From: Calcarisporiella thermophila CBS 279.70
Lineage: Eukaryota; Fungi; Calcarisporiellomycota
Direction: 5' to 3'
Length of the DNA stretch: 64,000 nt
Assembly: GCF_041956535.1 (NCBI RefSeq)
Contig: NW_027192215.1
Coordinates: 427,668 to 491,667 of the forward strand
The stretch's first letter is position 1. Each line of letters opens with the position of its first letter. Shown here piece by piece: positions 10,336 through 23,682 of this stretch. A program made the position numbers and the translations under genes. Under the pieces are notes generated by a model, which was not told where the DNA came from, made no database searches, and saw nothing but the letters and a program-made list of their open reading frames with translations.

Positions 10336-13300
10336 TCAAACTAAAATATCCCGAGAATTTAGATTATTTGGTATACCATGATGTAAAAGTGCCTTTACAG
10401 CAATTTGCTGGGCTTTTGGAACCAATTTTTTTATCACTTTCGATAATTGACTGTCATCGTACAGTAGCCCTTTGGGTTGCCAAGAGAGACCAGCTAGAAT
10501 GGCGGCAAGGAAACTATTCAAATAGTTCATATAGAAATTAGGTCTAAGCCAACTGAAAAATTGAAAATATTCGGCAGTTTTGTACCTATCGCCCGCACCA
10601 GTTACACTTGTAATAGGTTGATTCACGCGCAAAGGAGCGAAATAATCAAAATGCGCGTAGTCGTCGTCTTTCATTTTATAGATATAAATACTTCCTTTTG
10701 CTCCCATCTTCAATAATACGTTTGGCGTCCAACAAAGGAGAGGCAACGCCGCCTTTAGCAGTCTTTCAGTCTCCGCAGGAATATCACTGATACGAGTGGA
10801 CTCTTGCCACCAACGGACCCTTTCTAAGTCATTTGCGTTCAGCAGTTCTTGCGTACGCTGTGACATGGCCATAATCTCAAATTCGTTTGGGGAGACAAGG
10901 AATATATCTCCATAAGTAGGTAGACGAGTTTCAAGTGGGCGGATGGATTTAGGTACCGAGGTCGGCTCAAATATAACTAATTGATTTCCATTTGTCATTA
11001 TATTCGAACCAAATCTGCTTAACAATTTTTTCTCTACCAACCTTTAGCGGATATATTGGATGCTACTTCGACGATAGTTTCCATAGTCTTTGGAGTAATA
11101 TTGCCATCAAAACAAATTATCTGAGGTTTGCTTTGGAGTATTTTCTCCTTGACCTATTGTCGTCACAGATGAGTCATTAGTCACAATAATTGAGTGCGTT
11201 ATTTATAAAATGATCCTGCCCGTTATGTAGTGTACTCACCTGCCCTACATCTATGTGGTCGAACACATCCATGTCAGCAATGGCCGTTAAAAGCTGGCCA
11301 TCTGGCAAATGCACTGCATTATATACAGCAGTACGGCCACCTACAATCGACTGTATACCTCGAGCATTCATCTTTGTCGAATTTTGAAGACTCGACATCA
11401 GCCATTCTCCCAGCGAATCGTGCCCACATGCACTTATGAGTTCCACATTCTGAGCTGGCACTAAGTTTGACACTACTTCTGCGATATTTCGCCCAACGCC
11501 CCCCATGCTTTGTAAAACGCTTCCAGGGGTTGACGTGTGGAAAAACGAAGACGTCGGTTGATTTTTCTGAGTAGGATGGAAAGTGGAAGTTATATCTACA
11601 ACTGCACCTCCTATCACCATAATCTAGAATGATTTTCTTTAAGATATCATGTTTACAGCTGGACTTTCATTATTTTTCATTATACTATACTTTATTACTT
11701 TTCGAACCAATTAATGGCGCGACTGTATTAATTTGTGGGACACTGTCGAAATTTCGGGAAATAAGTGGGGTCTAGGAGAAAAATTTATAGTAAAAATAAT
11801 GATATTCCAGTCACTGGGCGAGTTATCTTTTAGCGACAATACTAAGCATATTTGTTCGCGTCACTCACCCAGTTTGGCACCGGATCTCGCCGAAGACGCG
11901 TTGCCAAGCATTTGGCAATATCCCCTCCGACTTTGGCGTTGTTCTTTACAAGTGAGATATCTACCACCATTGATATATTTAAGCTTTGGCATTTTTTCTA
12001 ATATCATTTGTTGTCAAGAATATGTACTTGCAGCAAGAGAAGCACCACGTGTTAATTCATTAACCCTCCGCAAAAGGAAAGGCGTTTCCTCCTTACCACG
12101 AATATTTTGTTGCCTATCAAAGTAAAGGGCATATCAGCCCACAAATTCCCGCACAAAAATCACTTAGTTTTCATATTGGAACCAACCTTGCTTCCTCAAC
12201 TGCTTGTTCAATAGCCTTTTGGATTTCAGAGCCATTGGCTGCATGTGCTTCTGGTATAGGTACTGCCACGACCAGGCCACTTTGAAGCCTCAAATTGAGG
12301 TTGTGTTCTAAAACAGTTAAAAAAGTAAGTATTATCCTAACTAACTTCGCTCCTTAGTCTTTACTCACGGATTACAGCAGCACAATCATCCGGAGAGGTC
12401 AAATTGTAAGGACTCTTGAATGCATCAGCGAATTTTCAATAGGATTTTAACGGAAAGCTGACCATTTTAATCACAACTTACCTGATACCCACTAACTCTC
12501 GTGAAAAATGCCGGAAAGTCCTTCGTAGCGCCATAGGTTATTACCGTAACACCTTGCGTTTCCTACTCGGCCAGAGATAGAGATTGTTAAATTAGAACGC
12601 TGCTGAGTGTCATAATGAAATAAAAAAATACAAACAAGATACTCTAACGTCCTTCCAATGTCAAGGATAGATTTTGCCCCAGCGCATACCACCGCAACTG
12701 CTGTCCTAGAGAGCTCGGTGAGATCCGCGCTAATGTCCATAGCTAAGAATAGACTGTCAGTAAAAACGCGTAGAAATTGACAGTAGGGCCGAGATTAAAT
12801 AATTTTAAGGTAGATACATTGTTCTACTCCGCGATGAACACCACCAATCCCACCCGTTACAAATACACGTATTCCAGCACGCTCGGCCATTAACATCGTA
12901 CCAGCGACGGTAGTTGCACCAGTCAATTTCTGATCAAAAAATGGTGTTATATTCCTCATTCGACTTCTACATTTTGTACATAAATCAGCATCGCATACCT
13001 GTGACATAACATAGGCAATATCTCGTCGAGATGACTTTATGGCTTTATGACCTTCAGAAGCTAATATCTCCATTTCAGCTTCACCAAGTCCAATGTGAGG
13101 CTGTCCATCTAAAAATGCAATTGTGGCCGGGATACAGCCTTGGCTCCTAACAATATTCTCCACTTCCAACGCGGTCTCGAGATTTTGTGGGTATGGCATG
13201 CCATGACTTATTATCGTAGATTCCAAGGCTACTACAGGATCACCATTGCGCAAAGCCTGCTTAACTTCGCTGGCGTAATGAAATCCTGGATAAGTGTGCA

Positions 13301-13446
13301 GATATCTATAGCGCAATGATATTGGGCTGAATTTATAGGGCTAATGTAGAATTTGTAAGTTTATCGTTAAATTAAAATGGGTTCACGTAGCATTGTATTA
13401 TAGTTCAACCTACTTTTAAATAACTCTTTACAAGATTGGAAATCAT
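10336..13446 (-). CDS. Bifunctional pseudouridine-5'-phosphate glycosidase (IndA/PsuG family) - PfkB-family pseudouridine kinase, multi-exon
   Basis: [46 protein letters not shown] and [10 protein letters not shown], followed by PfkB motifs [15 protein letters not shown] and VTGAGD; start codon approximate. Confidence 0.93.
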
Positions 13447-14123
13447 GTTTGCAGTTCACCTTAATGTATTCGATGATACACCTAATTTTTGAACTCAAGA
13501 TCAAAACAAGGATATCCAAAGTGCCAATTATACAAATCTATTTAGGAACGGTATAATTCTACAAACTCTCCAACTTTTAGCTTAAATTCTTTTGCTAAGC
13601 CATACTCAATTCCCCATATTATAGTATACTCTTTAAGATGGCTTTGCACACTTCACAGGTCGGAGTCAAAATTTGTTTATCCCCTCTGAGAATCCAACTT
13701 AAGGGTGGAAATAACGGCCGATTCCCTGATGCGACTTGAATCCATACCAAACCTTATTAAATAGGTATATCAATTATTTAACAGAAGATTGTGTGTGTGA
13801 AACGATCGTTTTCAAAGTTAGACTTTGTTCATTCAAATAACTCTATAATCTAGGGTTGAGAGGAATGTAATAAAGCGGATCATAAAATGGATTTAAATAT
13901 GGAAATGGTTGCAAGATATTAGCTGATACATATTAAATAAACTAATTTTTCACATATTCTGTGGTTGTATTTCTAATAATGACTACATAGAATAACTGAG
14001 TATATTGATGAAAGATAAAAATTAGCCAGAGGAGGGGTAATCCACTCTAGACACTAAAATTATTCAAAGCCTTCTTAAAAAACAATCACCTAAAGAACTG
14101 TGCAAAATATTATAAAAAAAATA

Positions 14124-14380
14124 TTAGTGCAACATGCATTTCAATTTCTCCATATGCGCCTTAGGAAGACGGGTGTTTTGGATGCAAGTAAACTGGGTTA
14201 CTTGATTGTCATGCAGACAGTACGCAAAAAGAGCATGTCTCAACAATTGACAATCATCGTCCGTTCCACAGGAAACTTGTTTGAACACTGAATTACCAAA
14301 GTTGATTTGAAAACCGCATGTGATGATAGCGTTAGATATGCTAAAAGGGAAAGTTACCAAAAAATATTCAAAAGCCTCAT
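14124..14380 (-). pseudogene. Possible small secreted 6-Cys protein interrupted by a 1-nt homopolymer frameshift
   Basis: Adding one T to the T6 run joins MRLLNIF to LVTFPFSISNA-IITCGFQ...SCGTDDDCQ...YC...TC...KCMLH*. Confidence 0.35.
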
Positions 14381-15726
14381 TATATCTGCTCAAATTATTA
14401 AAATATTTCTCAGAGCCGCCGTGAGTCTCTCATTTATTGCAAATTTCCATCAAGAATAGCGAATACAATATCCTTAACAAACTCTGTACTAAACGATCAT
14501 GTAATAGAGCAGTTTACCTTATACATATATAATAGTTAAACATGGTTAAATATGGTAAAGATAGGGAGAAGTGTATTAATTAAGGAAAATTACAGTTGTT
14601 TAGTAGCAGAAATATCTATTCATAGCTTGTCTAAGACGAACAGATCTTGCTTCTTATTCTACAAATACAATTTTTATCTCTTGAATAATATATCGTAAAC
14701 CTCATACTCTCTTCGTAATTTTCTTTCTCTCTCTTTCCAGCACTCACAATAACTGATCGAAGTTGGCTGAGATTTTCAATCTTTTCTCTAGTTAGCTAGA
14801 GGGTGTTATACCAAGTGTTTTCGAAAACTCTTATAAATTTGTCCCAGAATATCAAGCTCATGGAATGACACTGCGGGCTCTCTTACATTGTAAGCCTTCA
14901 TTCTAATGAAAAGCAACCATAAATCCAAAACCCATAGAATCTCCCCAATAATTTTTCCATAGGAGCAATCTGATGCGGCTTTTTGAATCATACAATTGTG
15001 CCTCCGAAATTTTCTGAGTGGATTGCTTGATAAAATAAAAACCTGCCTATGTTCAATACCGTTTGCCTCCAAATCTCTGATCCCTTCAGATCATTGCATC
15101 ATTAATTCAAATGCATTTGTTTCAGCAGTCTCGATACTATCTTCACTATGAATGTGACTTGGGGGTGTTTCCATTTTGGAAAATTTGAACAAGTCTTCTT
15201 TACATGTCCTGACTGTTTTTTGAATATGATTGATGTTAACAAAGTGTCAGTGTGTGATTGTATGATTGTAAGATGAAATACAACATTTATCGAAGTTTTC
15301 TTCAAATTTTATGTTTGTCCAACATCGATCAACAGGGTGTTTGGTAAAAATTATAATCAGTTGAGTAACTCAATTTCCTACTCCATTGATCCTTGAAGTA
15401 GAGGTCATTTTCGAATATAGCTTGGTCTCCGAGCTTTATCCTATTCGAGACAAATTGTATACCTACTAATTAGTTTTAGCTGATTCTATCAACTGAACTT
15501 TGGAAATATCTCCCGCGACAAAAACATTAGGCCTTATATGAGAAAAAAATCCTTCCAATATGGACTAGTGATAAAAGGTCACATATATCCGATACTTGCA
15601 AATGGTCGAAAAGAGTTTGGAAATTATCATATGGTATATATTGACTCTGAGCAAAACGCAATCAGATAATTGAAGGAAAACAAACGATTAAAGAAATTTT
15701 ATAACGGCTTCTAATTAAAGTTTTAT

Positions 15727-17927
15727 CTATATATCAACCCAGAAGAGATCCCAGTCCTTCTTGAGTTTTTTGGCCTCATCAACATGGCCCATTTCAACCA
15801 GCACTTGCACAACCGAGCGGGCAGCGGAATTGAGAGCGGACGATATCCATCCGTGCTTATAATCAGTATGTTCGCCAGCGAAAGCAATATTGTTCTCCAT
15901 CTCCATAATGGATTTAAGGAAGAGCTGATGTTGGCCGGGGTTGTATAAGGCAAAAGCGCCAGAAGAGAGAGGATTAGCCCCAAAGCAGTGCCGAATCCAA
16001 TTACCTGTGAAGCTTTTATAGACAATATCACCATGCATTGCCGCAATACCGTCGAGGACTCCTTCGATCAAATCATCGTCGGGCAGCGAGAGAATGCGTG
16101 CGGCATCTTCCGAAACTGAATAGGAGGCCAATAAGACTCCGCGGCCATCACCATCGAGATCGAACGATGGATAGCATACCATCTTGGGAAGTAGATCTGT
16201 GCGAGAGCATCCACCGTGGATCGGGTTACGTTTGTCCTGCTCCCAAAACCGTTTATCAAACTGGGCGAAAACCTTGCACGCGTTTTGATAAGCCAAGCTA
16301 TATATAGCGCGATACTTCCACCACGAAAACCCTGAGGAGAAATAGAATACTGATTCAATTTCAATTCGCTCCCAGAACATAGCGCAAGCAACTTACTAGG
16401 GAGCTTCCATGTTCGCACAAGAGAAAATGGCGCGGTAATGATCGCATAATCGTAGGTCTTATCGTAGTATTTTCCACCCGCCTTCTTTTTGTATGAGAGC
16501 TGTACTTTACCGTTTGGAAGACTAATTTTGCTGATCTTCATACCTGTGCGTAAGTTCTTGCGAACAAACGGAAGTATCGCCTTGGGTAGACGCTCCGATC
16601 CATACTTGATTGCGCGCCAATCTGACACCCCGAAGGTGAAAGTCTCTAGAGTGGTGTCGAGCATATCTGGTTGGTTGTACGCGGTAGGACGATTCATGGC
16701 CTCAAAGTAGTCAATGACATCCCATGGCAATCCCATTTTCTGCTTGAGGTAGCTGGTAACGGAATAGTCATTGACGCCCATTTTAATTAGCTTCTCCCTC
16801 CCTGCAATAAAGTCATCCTCGAGCTCCTTCCACAGGGGTGCAAAAAGTTTGCCAAAAATGGCATTTACAGGTCCTTCACGAAGAAGCACCTTGGGAGCAT
16901 CCACGAGAGAGGGGTCTTTTCCAAAATCAGCGTTGGTGGGCGGAAGCCCATCGCTCCTTCGAGCCCCATAAAAGTAGTGGAAATTGCTATAGAAAAGGAA
17001 CAAGTTAGGGAAGCCCCTTTTAGAAAATCAAAGTTCATGATCCTACTTGGCGTTAGGGGTTAGGAAGGGGAAGAATTCAATGCGGAATTGTGTTTTATTG
17101 TGGTGCAGTTGGTTGAGTTTATCAGAGAGCATGTACACCAACTGATGCTCGGGAACGACTATTTTTTTTTCTCCTTTCTTCATAAGATAAGGGATACGCA
17201 TTGGGCCTAGTTCCGCAAACTGGGTCTTATCATTATCAAAGTAATGAGTCCAAACCCTACCTCCAATGCGGTCTGAAGCTTCCAGGATTTCATAGGGGAG
17301 GCCGACGCTTTCTAGGAGAAAGCCTGCGTAGAGACCAGCCATTCCTGCTCCCACGATCCCGACGCGTTTCTTTTTGTGATCTTCTGCTGCCTTAAAATGA
17401 TCTCGTTTTTCGAGATGTTGGGCAACAATAAAATGGCGCCCTTCTCCAGAACGTTTGACAATGGGTTGCGACAGGGTTAATGGCTCACTTTGGGTGATTA
17501 GCTCGTTCTCCTCGTTCCATATCTGGATACACTGTGCGCTATCACTTACAGGGTGCTCTGGGACAAGCCAACTGAACTTGGTTGGGGGCTCCTCGGAAGG
17601 GATCTCCACCGTCCCGAGTATTGAATGAACGGTACGGTTAGTTGAGTCGCAAGGGGCAAACTCGAACGTGATGCTGTCATCATAATGTTTGTAGTACTTG
17701 ATGTGGATGTTTGTATAGCGACCATAACGCAGCCTCACTTTTGAGGTAGGTGTCTCAATGCTTATCCCTCGGAGATCATAGTTTTCGATCCCTGCTGGGT
17801 TGTATGCCTCTATTTGATCAACACAATAACTATTAGTCGCTTTGCTCCCAACCATACATTAATAGAACTAACCGGAGCAAAGAATGCCCAGTGAAACTAA
17901 GGCAAAACTAATAAGTTTGAGGCGCAT
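15727..17927 (-). CDS. Secreted flavin-dependent amine oxidase / L-amino-acid oxidase, multi-exon
   Basis: Signal peptide [18 protein letters not shown]; N-terminal pro-region; [34 protein letters not shown]...[11 protein letters not shown]. Confidence 0.9.
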
Positions 17928-18334
17928 TGCTGAGGAAAATGCGGTGGAGAGATAGAAGAAGAGAAATGAATGAGGCAAGGAAAATAATAAAGAGGTAAAG
18001 GAGGAAAAATGGCGAAGGGATGGAGAGGAGGGAAGAAGGAATAGTGTAGGTCAAAAAGAAAAAAAAATGCAATTCTTTCCGAGAATAAGTATGTTTTGCG
18101 TGAATTTAAGTAGAACAAGCGGAGTATTCTCTAAGGTTGTACTTTGCGCAAGAAAGTTAATTGGTGAGAAAGTTTAGTTGAATCAAACAAAGTGTGAACT
18201 TTCAGTGAGACTATTCTGCAGGTAAACCTTAGTAGCTTTCATACCCGGTCCTAGGCAAAATCTACCAGCTCATGGATTGATTGTTTATCTTTACTCCTTA
18301 ACGCTCGTTCACTGCCTTACCCCAACTCGAAAAA

Positions 18335-19268
18335 ATGGATGTATTTGTGCTTGACATAGATTTTTATTACCAGCAAGCTTGGTCTGTGCTTCTCTACGGC
18401 ATTCTCGGGACTTTTCTCTTCCGTAACCTCTATCTCTCAGTCCTTCTCTTGTTTAAGAAACGGACGTTCCTGACCATAATGTGTCTGCTCATGGCCGTTT
18501 TTACAAGTATGCACTGCTTCAGTGTAATGATGGCGTATTTTGGCATAGTTGCCGATTGTAAATACATCGGTTTGTATAGAGAAAACTTATCTCCATTTCT
18601 TAACGCCCGAATTGAATGAGATCCTTTTTTTTCCTCTCTCTTCAAGGACCACTTGTGGTCATAGTGTTCTACTTAATAAATCTGTGCTCGGGCATCATTC
18701 TAGTACGTAAAGCCATGGCCATCCATCCCCTACGCTGCCGACTTGTCCTGGCGGCAGACATAGTATTCGAGCTGCTTACTCTTGCCGCCTATATCCATCG
18801 TTACTTAGCTCTAACCCCCATCACCTCTCCTTACAAGAGCTGTTACCCAAGATATGAAGGGAATCCCCTCGCTTATACTGTGGCAGCTGATGTTTCCAAG
18901 TATGCTTTCTTCACCCTACTCTTTATTATACCACTCTGGCAACATACTCGCAACCTGCAAAACAAACTTGTGAATCGGTTGCTCCGCGAAGGCATCCTAT
19001 ATTTCCTTGCCATTTCGATTACAGATGTGGCCACCTCACTGATTATCTATTATTTCATCTCGAGGCCCATTATCACCATCCTTCATCTCGTGGCTAGTAA
19101 GTTCACCGCATTAACATCAAACCTTAGGATGGAATTCATTCATCTCTCTCAACTTGTTATTTTGAAGCTTGCCTAGCCTCGAACCTCGTACGCATCCAAC
19201 TTAGTAGATCCATGGAACCCAAAGGTAGCACAGGGTCTAGCACAGCACGTTCTACTACCTTTCGTTAA
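18335..19268 (+). CDS. Orphan multi-pass (probably 7TM, GPCR-like) membrane protein, 3 exons
   Basis: ORFs 18335 and 18616 joinable by GT-AG introns; 6-7 hydrophobic helices; Cys at the top of TM3 (VADC) and in ECL2 (KSC). Confidence 0.65.
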
Positions 19269-20232
19269 TGCTCCCACGTTTACCCCCAATATGGAATCTC
19301 CTGTTCAAAATACAAATAAATCTATCCATTCTCCTAATTAAGTTAAACGTCTGTATGTAGAAGAGAAGTGCTTGTAACCCTAATTTCTAGCATCTTCGGG
19401 GCTACATCGATGTGATTTTTATTTTATTGCGTGTAACCTATCTCTCCAATCTCGTGGCTTGGTCGAAATATGCTTATCGATACCAAAAGAGTTCGCCGAG
19501 GGGAGGATGAAAAGTACAGCATAATCATATGAGTAAGTGCGCACAGACGAGCTCTTTTGTACCTTCTCGAGCACATATATCCCAGACTCCTCATGACTAG
19601 AATGGGAATTTATATGGAATAAGGCTTTTACTAATAAAGAAATAGTGCAGATACCACGGATTTCGAGCACACGGACTATCAATATACAGTATTAACTTCA
19701 AGCCGACTAAAAATTGTATACTCTCCAAGTGCAGGTATATCAAAAAAGGAGTGAAATCTATCGGCCGAAGAGTATAGAGTTGATTTTATTTAACTTCAGA
19801 ATCGAATTAGGAGTGATAACTCTCGTCTATGCATACTGACAAAACACTTCCGGTCTATCGAAAAGTTATTATGAAGTTTAGCTTTTGTTACACTGAACTT
19901 GATTAAGTTTAAGCTCGAAGTAAGCTCTTGGATAACCGCGGCCATTGTATTTACTTGGAACAAGACAACAAGTCAAAACCCAACTTCGGTTTCTCAGAAA
20001 TCCAAGGTTAAGCGTGGTGGAGCGAGCTAAGAGCGGGCTAACCTAAAAAACATGGTTTTAAATCAGTTAGTACGATATACATATACAAGATTCGGGAACC
20101 ACACCGAACACAGCGTAATAGGCGCATAAGGTAAACTGTGCTTTCTTCACTTGTTCTATATCCCATCGCCTTAGTGTACTCTGCTCACCTCTCTTCGCTC
20201 TTTCCACCCTCCCACTCTTTTACCGAGCAAAG

Positions 20233-21295
20233 ATGCAGCTGGAGGCAGCTTTCATGTACCAGCTTAACGCTGATATCTATGTCCTGATTGCCACCATCTC
20301 CTTGTTCACCTTGAGCATCTTGAAAACGGCTTATTATCTGTACATAGACAAGTGGCGAATCCTTTACATTTCGGGCCTTGTAGTGCTCAGTCTAGGCATC
20401 GTTGCTAGTATCGTCGGATTCGTGCATCATCTCGTGTTCGAGGTTGCGTGTAGTTGGCAGCCTATTTTACGCTATATATCGGCCATGCTTCTCTCCTTTT
20501 TTCCACAGTCGCTAATTCTGGGGTGCGTTGGTGGCACTATATTCGCCTCTCATAGTCATTCTCGTCTATTTTTGCTACTTTCCGGGACATTCGTTCTCGT
20601 AGCTAAAGCCATTTGTATTGGCATTGCTTTGAGAGGGCTGGATCCTGCGCTGGTGATTCGGCAAGGCCTCTGCTTAGGGATATTTGTCCATCGTTCATTT
20701 ATCGGGTTGCCCCTAGCGGATATAGCCATAAATGTTCTTGCGGTAATAGGAACTGTTCTAGCATGGCTTAAGTTAAAGCGAGCTGTACCCATGGCAACCG
20801 GTATGATAAGGAATCCCGCTATGACGCGAAGATTACTCTCTTGGATCTTAGTTGCTGTCTTTGCTTCAACGCTTATCATAATACTTGACTTACTGTCATT
20901 TGGAACACGTGGAGGGGAAGATGCCTATTTGGTCATTCCATATCAGGGATACAGTAAAAAGCAAACATTACCCGATCATAGCTTTTCTGCATTGCTGACT
21001 GTTTTCATGGCTAGGTACACTCTTCTCGGTGGTAGTCTATGACCTAGTATCAGCTGCGGAGTTCGAGACGCATACTACTCCAATCAATACAGACCAACAT
21101 GGAGAATCCTCATGCTTTTCCATTCCCTCCACAAAGAACTATTCCAAATCGCATAGGTTGGATAATGCGAATGGGACAAACTCCTCCAATGACTTCCCAT
21201 GTCACGAATGTATAAGTCGCGGCTCCCACCAGAGTGATATTCCCCTAGACTATACTCGCCTGATGAGGGATGAGGAGATCCCACATCGAGTTTAA
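20233..21295 (+). CDS. Orphan 7TM GPCR-like protein, 2 exons (intron 20954-21014)
   Basis: Seven hydrophobic segments after splicing, Cys in ECL1 (VAC) and ECL2 (GLC), Ser-rich cytoplasmic tail. Confidence 0.7.
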
Positions 21296-22039
21296 ACGAT
21301 TGGAAAGCACGATTTTCTTGTGTTTGGGCTTCTAATACAGGCATAAATGTAGAAAGGAGAGAGGGCATGTTTGGAGCTAGAGTCGGCCCTGAGCGAAAAT
21401 TTGGGCTGGACAATTCCTCAGTCCCGAGTTGGTTTTCTTCCTAATAAAGAGCGAAATTTCCAGTGGAAAATACGAGTCCCAGCGCCTTAGGCTGCGGAAT
21501 CCAAAAAGTTAAATTAAAAACCAAAACACAATAATGAAAAGCTGCTAAGCCAGGAGTGCAGAAAAGTGGGGGGGAGGGAACCGTGCAGCCATACGCCCGT
21601 CGCAGGTGTCAATTTATTTGCCGGGGTGCATAATACCTTCTCGTGGACCTTTTCAATATGGGCCTGCTCTCTGCCATCGCCTTCCGCAATGATCGTCTAA
21701 TTCATTCGGCTGTGAGTTGGTTATCAATGAGCGTCTGGCTTAGCGAGAGTGTGTTTTCCGGCTTCTAAGCACGTCCGAATCGTATAGCTACTGGGTCAAG
21801 AACGAGTCCAAGAGGATGACAAGTATGTTTGCATTTTTGCTTACACAATCCACATTAAAGTTGACACCCTCAGGTAGAAAATGGAATATTCTTTAACTCC
21901 CCCAGTATAATTAAGACAGTGTTCGAGACAAGGGTTTTTGGCTCAGACCAAATTGTAAATCCCGTATTGCTCGAAATTTGTTGTATTTAGGCATATAGTC
22001 TCCAAGCTCTGACAACGTCTGGCAAATTGGGATATTTCG

Positions 22040-22047
22040 TTACGTCA
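22040..22047 (+). promoter_or_regulatory. CRE/ATF-like site TTACGTCA within a promoter block conserved with the paralog
   Basis: TCTGGCAAATTGGGAT..TTCGTTACGTCACAA conserved at 49757-49789 (rc, TTACATCA variant). Confidence 0.45.
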
Positions 22048-22122
22048 CAAGATTTCTGCTTGGCGAGCGTGGCTCAACTTTCTGTTGGATAAAAGCTGGG
22101 TCTAGAAAAGAACTTCAAATAT

Positions 22123-23682
22123 ATGCGTTTTAAAAGCAAAGACACTATGACTAATTCCAGGCGAGCCGCAATAAAGAAATCATCGACAACCGATGAATCG
22201 GGATTTGTTCCTGTTGTTTTTATCGATGAAAAGCCCCTTTATGACACCTATCATGCCAATCTCTCCCTCGATCCAAATGCATCTCCTCCGAAAAAGAAAC
22301 GCGGCCGGAAGCCTAGCCCTCGAACTATACAATACCGTAAAATTCACAAGCATGCCTCTAAAATGAATATGGAAGACAATCAACGCCGGCTGCAAGATCT
22401 GGAGGAGCGGAACCGGATGCAGGAGTGCATTATTCTGTATCTCAGGAACACAGTATACGATTTAAAGATGCAGAGCCTCTATCTACGACAGGTGGTTGAG
22501 GCTTTCAATTCCGTGTTAACCCAGCATAATGTTCCAATTTCAGAGGTGGATGAGCTATTTTCACAATGGGTGAAAAACACCCCTACCCTCCCGTCGCAAT
22601 TGCTCGCCCATGCCAATTTGTCCTCCGAGAACATTCAGTACATCCTCCATCCTTATGAATTTATCTATATGGCATCTGGATCCACGGGTCCTGAGCAAAA
22701 TAGTTGTGCAAAGCACACCAGAGATACTCAGCCGCGTGTAAATGCACAGAGTGAGGAAGAGGGAAATGTCCATCGCATCGATGACAGAATGGGCACAGTT
22801 TCGCAGCCAGAAGAAAACCAGCATTCATTATTTGCAGCTGGAAATTTCTCCCCAGATGAATATACACAACGGAGTTCTCTCGAACCAGAGCTTTCGCTCT
22901 CTCCTTTGAATTTCCTGGATCCCGCCGGCATGAGTCCAGATCCCTCCGAGTCAGACCATGCCTTCACAATGGAGGTTTCAGCCACAGAGCACTTGGTTTC
23001 TCATACTTCTCCTCACGATATAAAACTCGAAATCACGGAGGAATTGCCAGACCCCCCAGGAAAGCCTAGGGCTTGTTCTTGGCATAATAGAGAACTCCGA
23101 TACTTTCAAAAAGGAATGAGTATTGACGAAGCTGCACTGTTCCTCTGGCAATGCTATAAGTCTGAGGGTTGGCCGGGTTTGGAGCCCTCGAACCTGCAGT
23201 TAAATGTTGCGCATGATGAACGCATCGATTTAATTCCCAGTGCCTATTGGAGAGATCGCCTGATAATCAATATTGGGCACTATGACACCACCGAGTTTTT
23301 CTGTGACTTGTATACTAGGATAGCATGTCGCGGGGATCCACTTGTAAGTATGCTCGTTAGGGTACTCTCTTCAACACTAATGGCCATCTGCCTCCTACCA
23401 CTTGATAGCTTCCCCAGTCCTATCTTATTGACCCCAGCCTATACAGAAAATATCCGTTTTTAATCGACCCCGATTGCCCTTACGCCCAGACCTTACTGCT
23501 TGAACTGATGTTGGAGCGGACCACCACACAACGAGCTCTCGCAGCTATCAACGGATGCGTCTTCTGTAAGGAAATTCTTGCCTTTATTCATATATTCTTC
23601 AATTCGCACTCATCTTCTGAAACATGATGTCCGGGTAGTTGGATATCATCCACATCTACCGTTAGAGGATGTCATTGTCTAG
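22123..23682 (+). CDS. bZIP-like transcription factor with C-terminal DUF3425-like domain, 3 exons
   Basis: KKKRGRKP basic/NLS segment, heptad leucines RLQDLEERN...L...L...L, C-terminal LEPSNLQLNVAHDERIDLIPSAYWRDRLI...CRGDPL. Confidence 0.8.

Noticed and set aside
10002-13446. Functional link between the tRNA cluster and the pseudouridine catabolism gene
   Set aside because: The glycosidase-kinase fusion is a known eukaryotic gene, and adjacency alone is not evidence
15240-15540. Possible relic of another KP6-like gene (CFC... and RCWTNIKFEENFDKCC on the minus strand)
   Set aside because: Fragments lie among stops with no recoverable signal peptide or continuous frame
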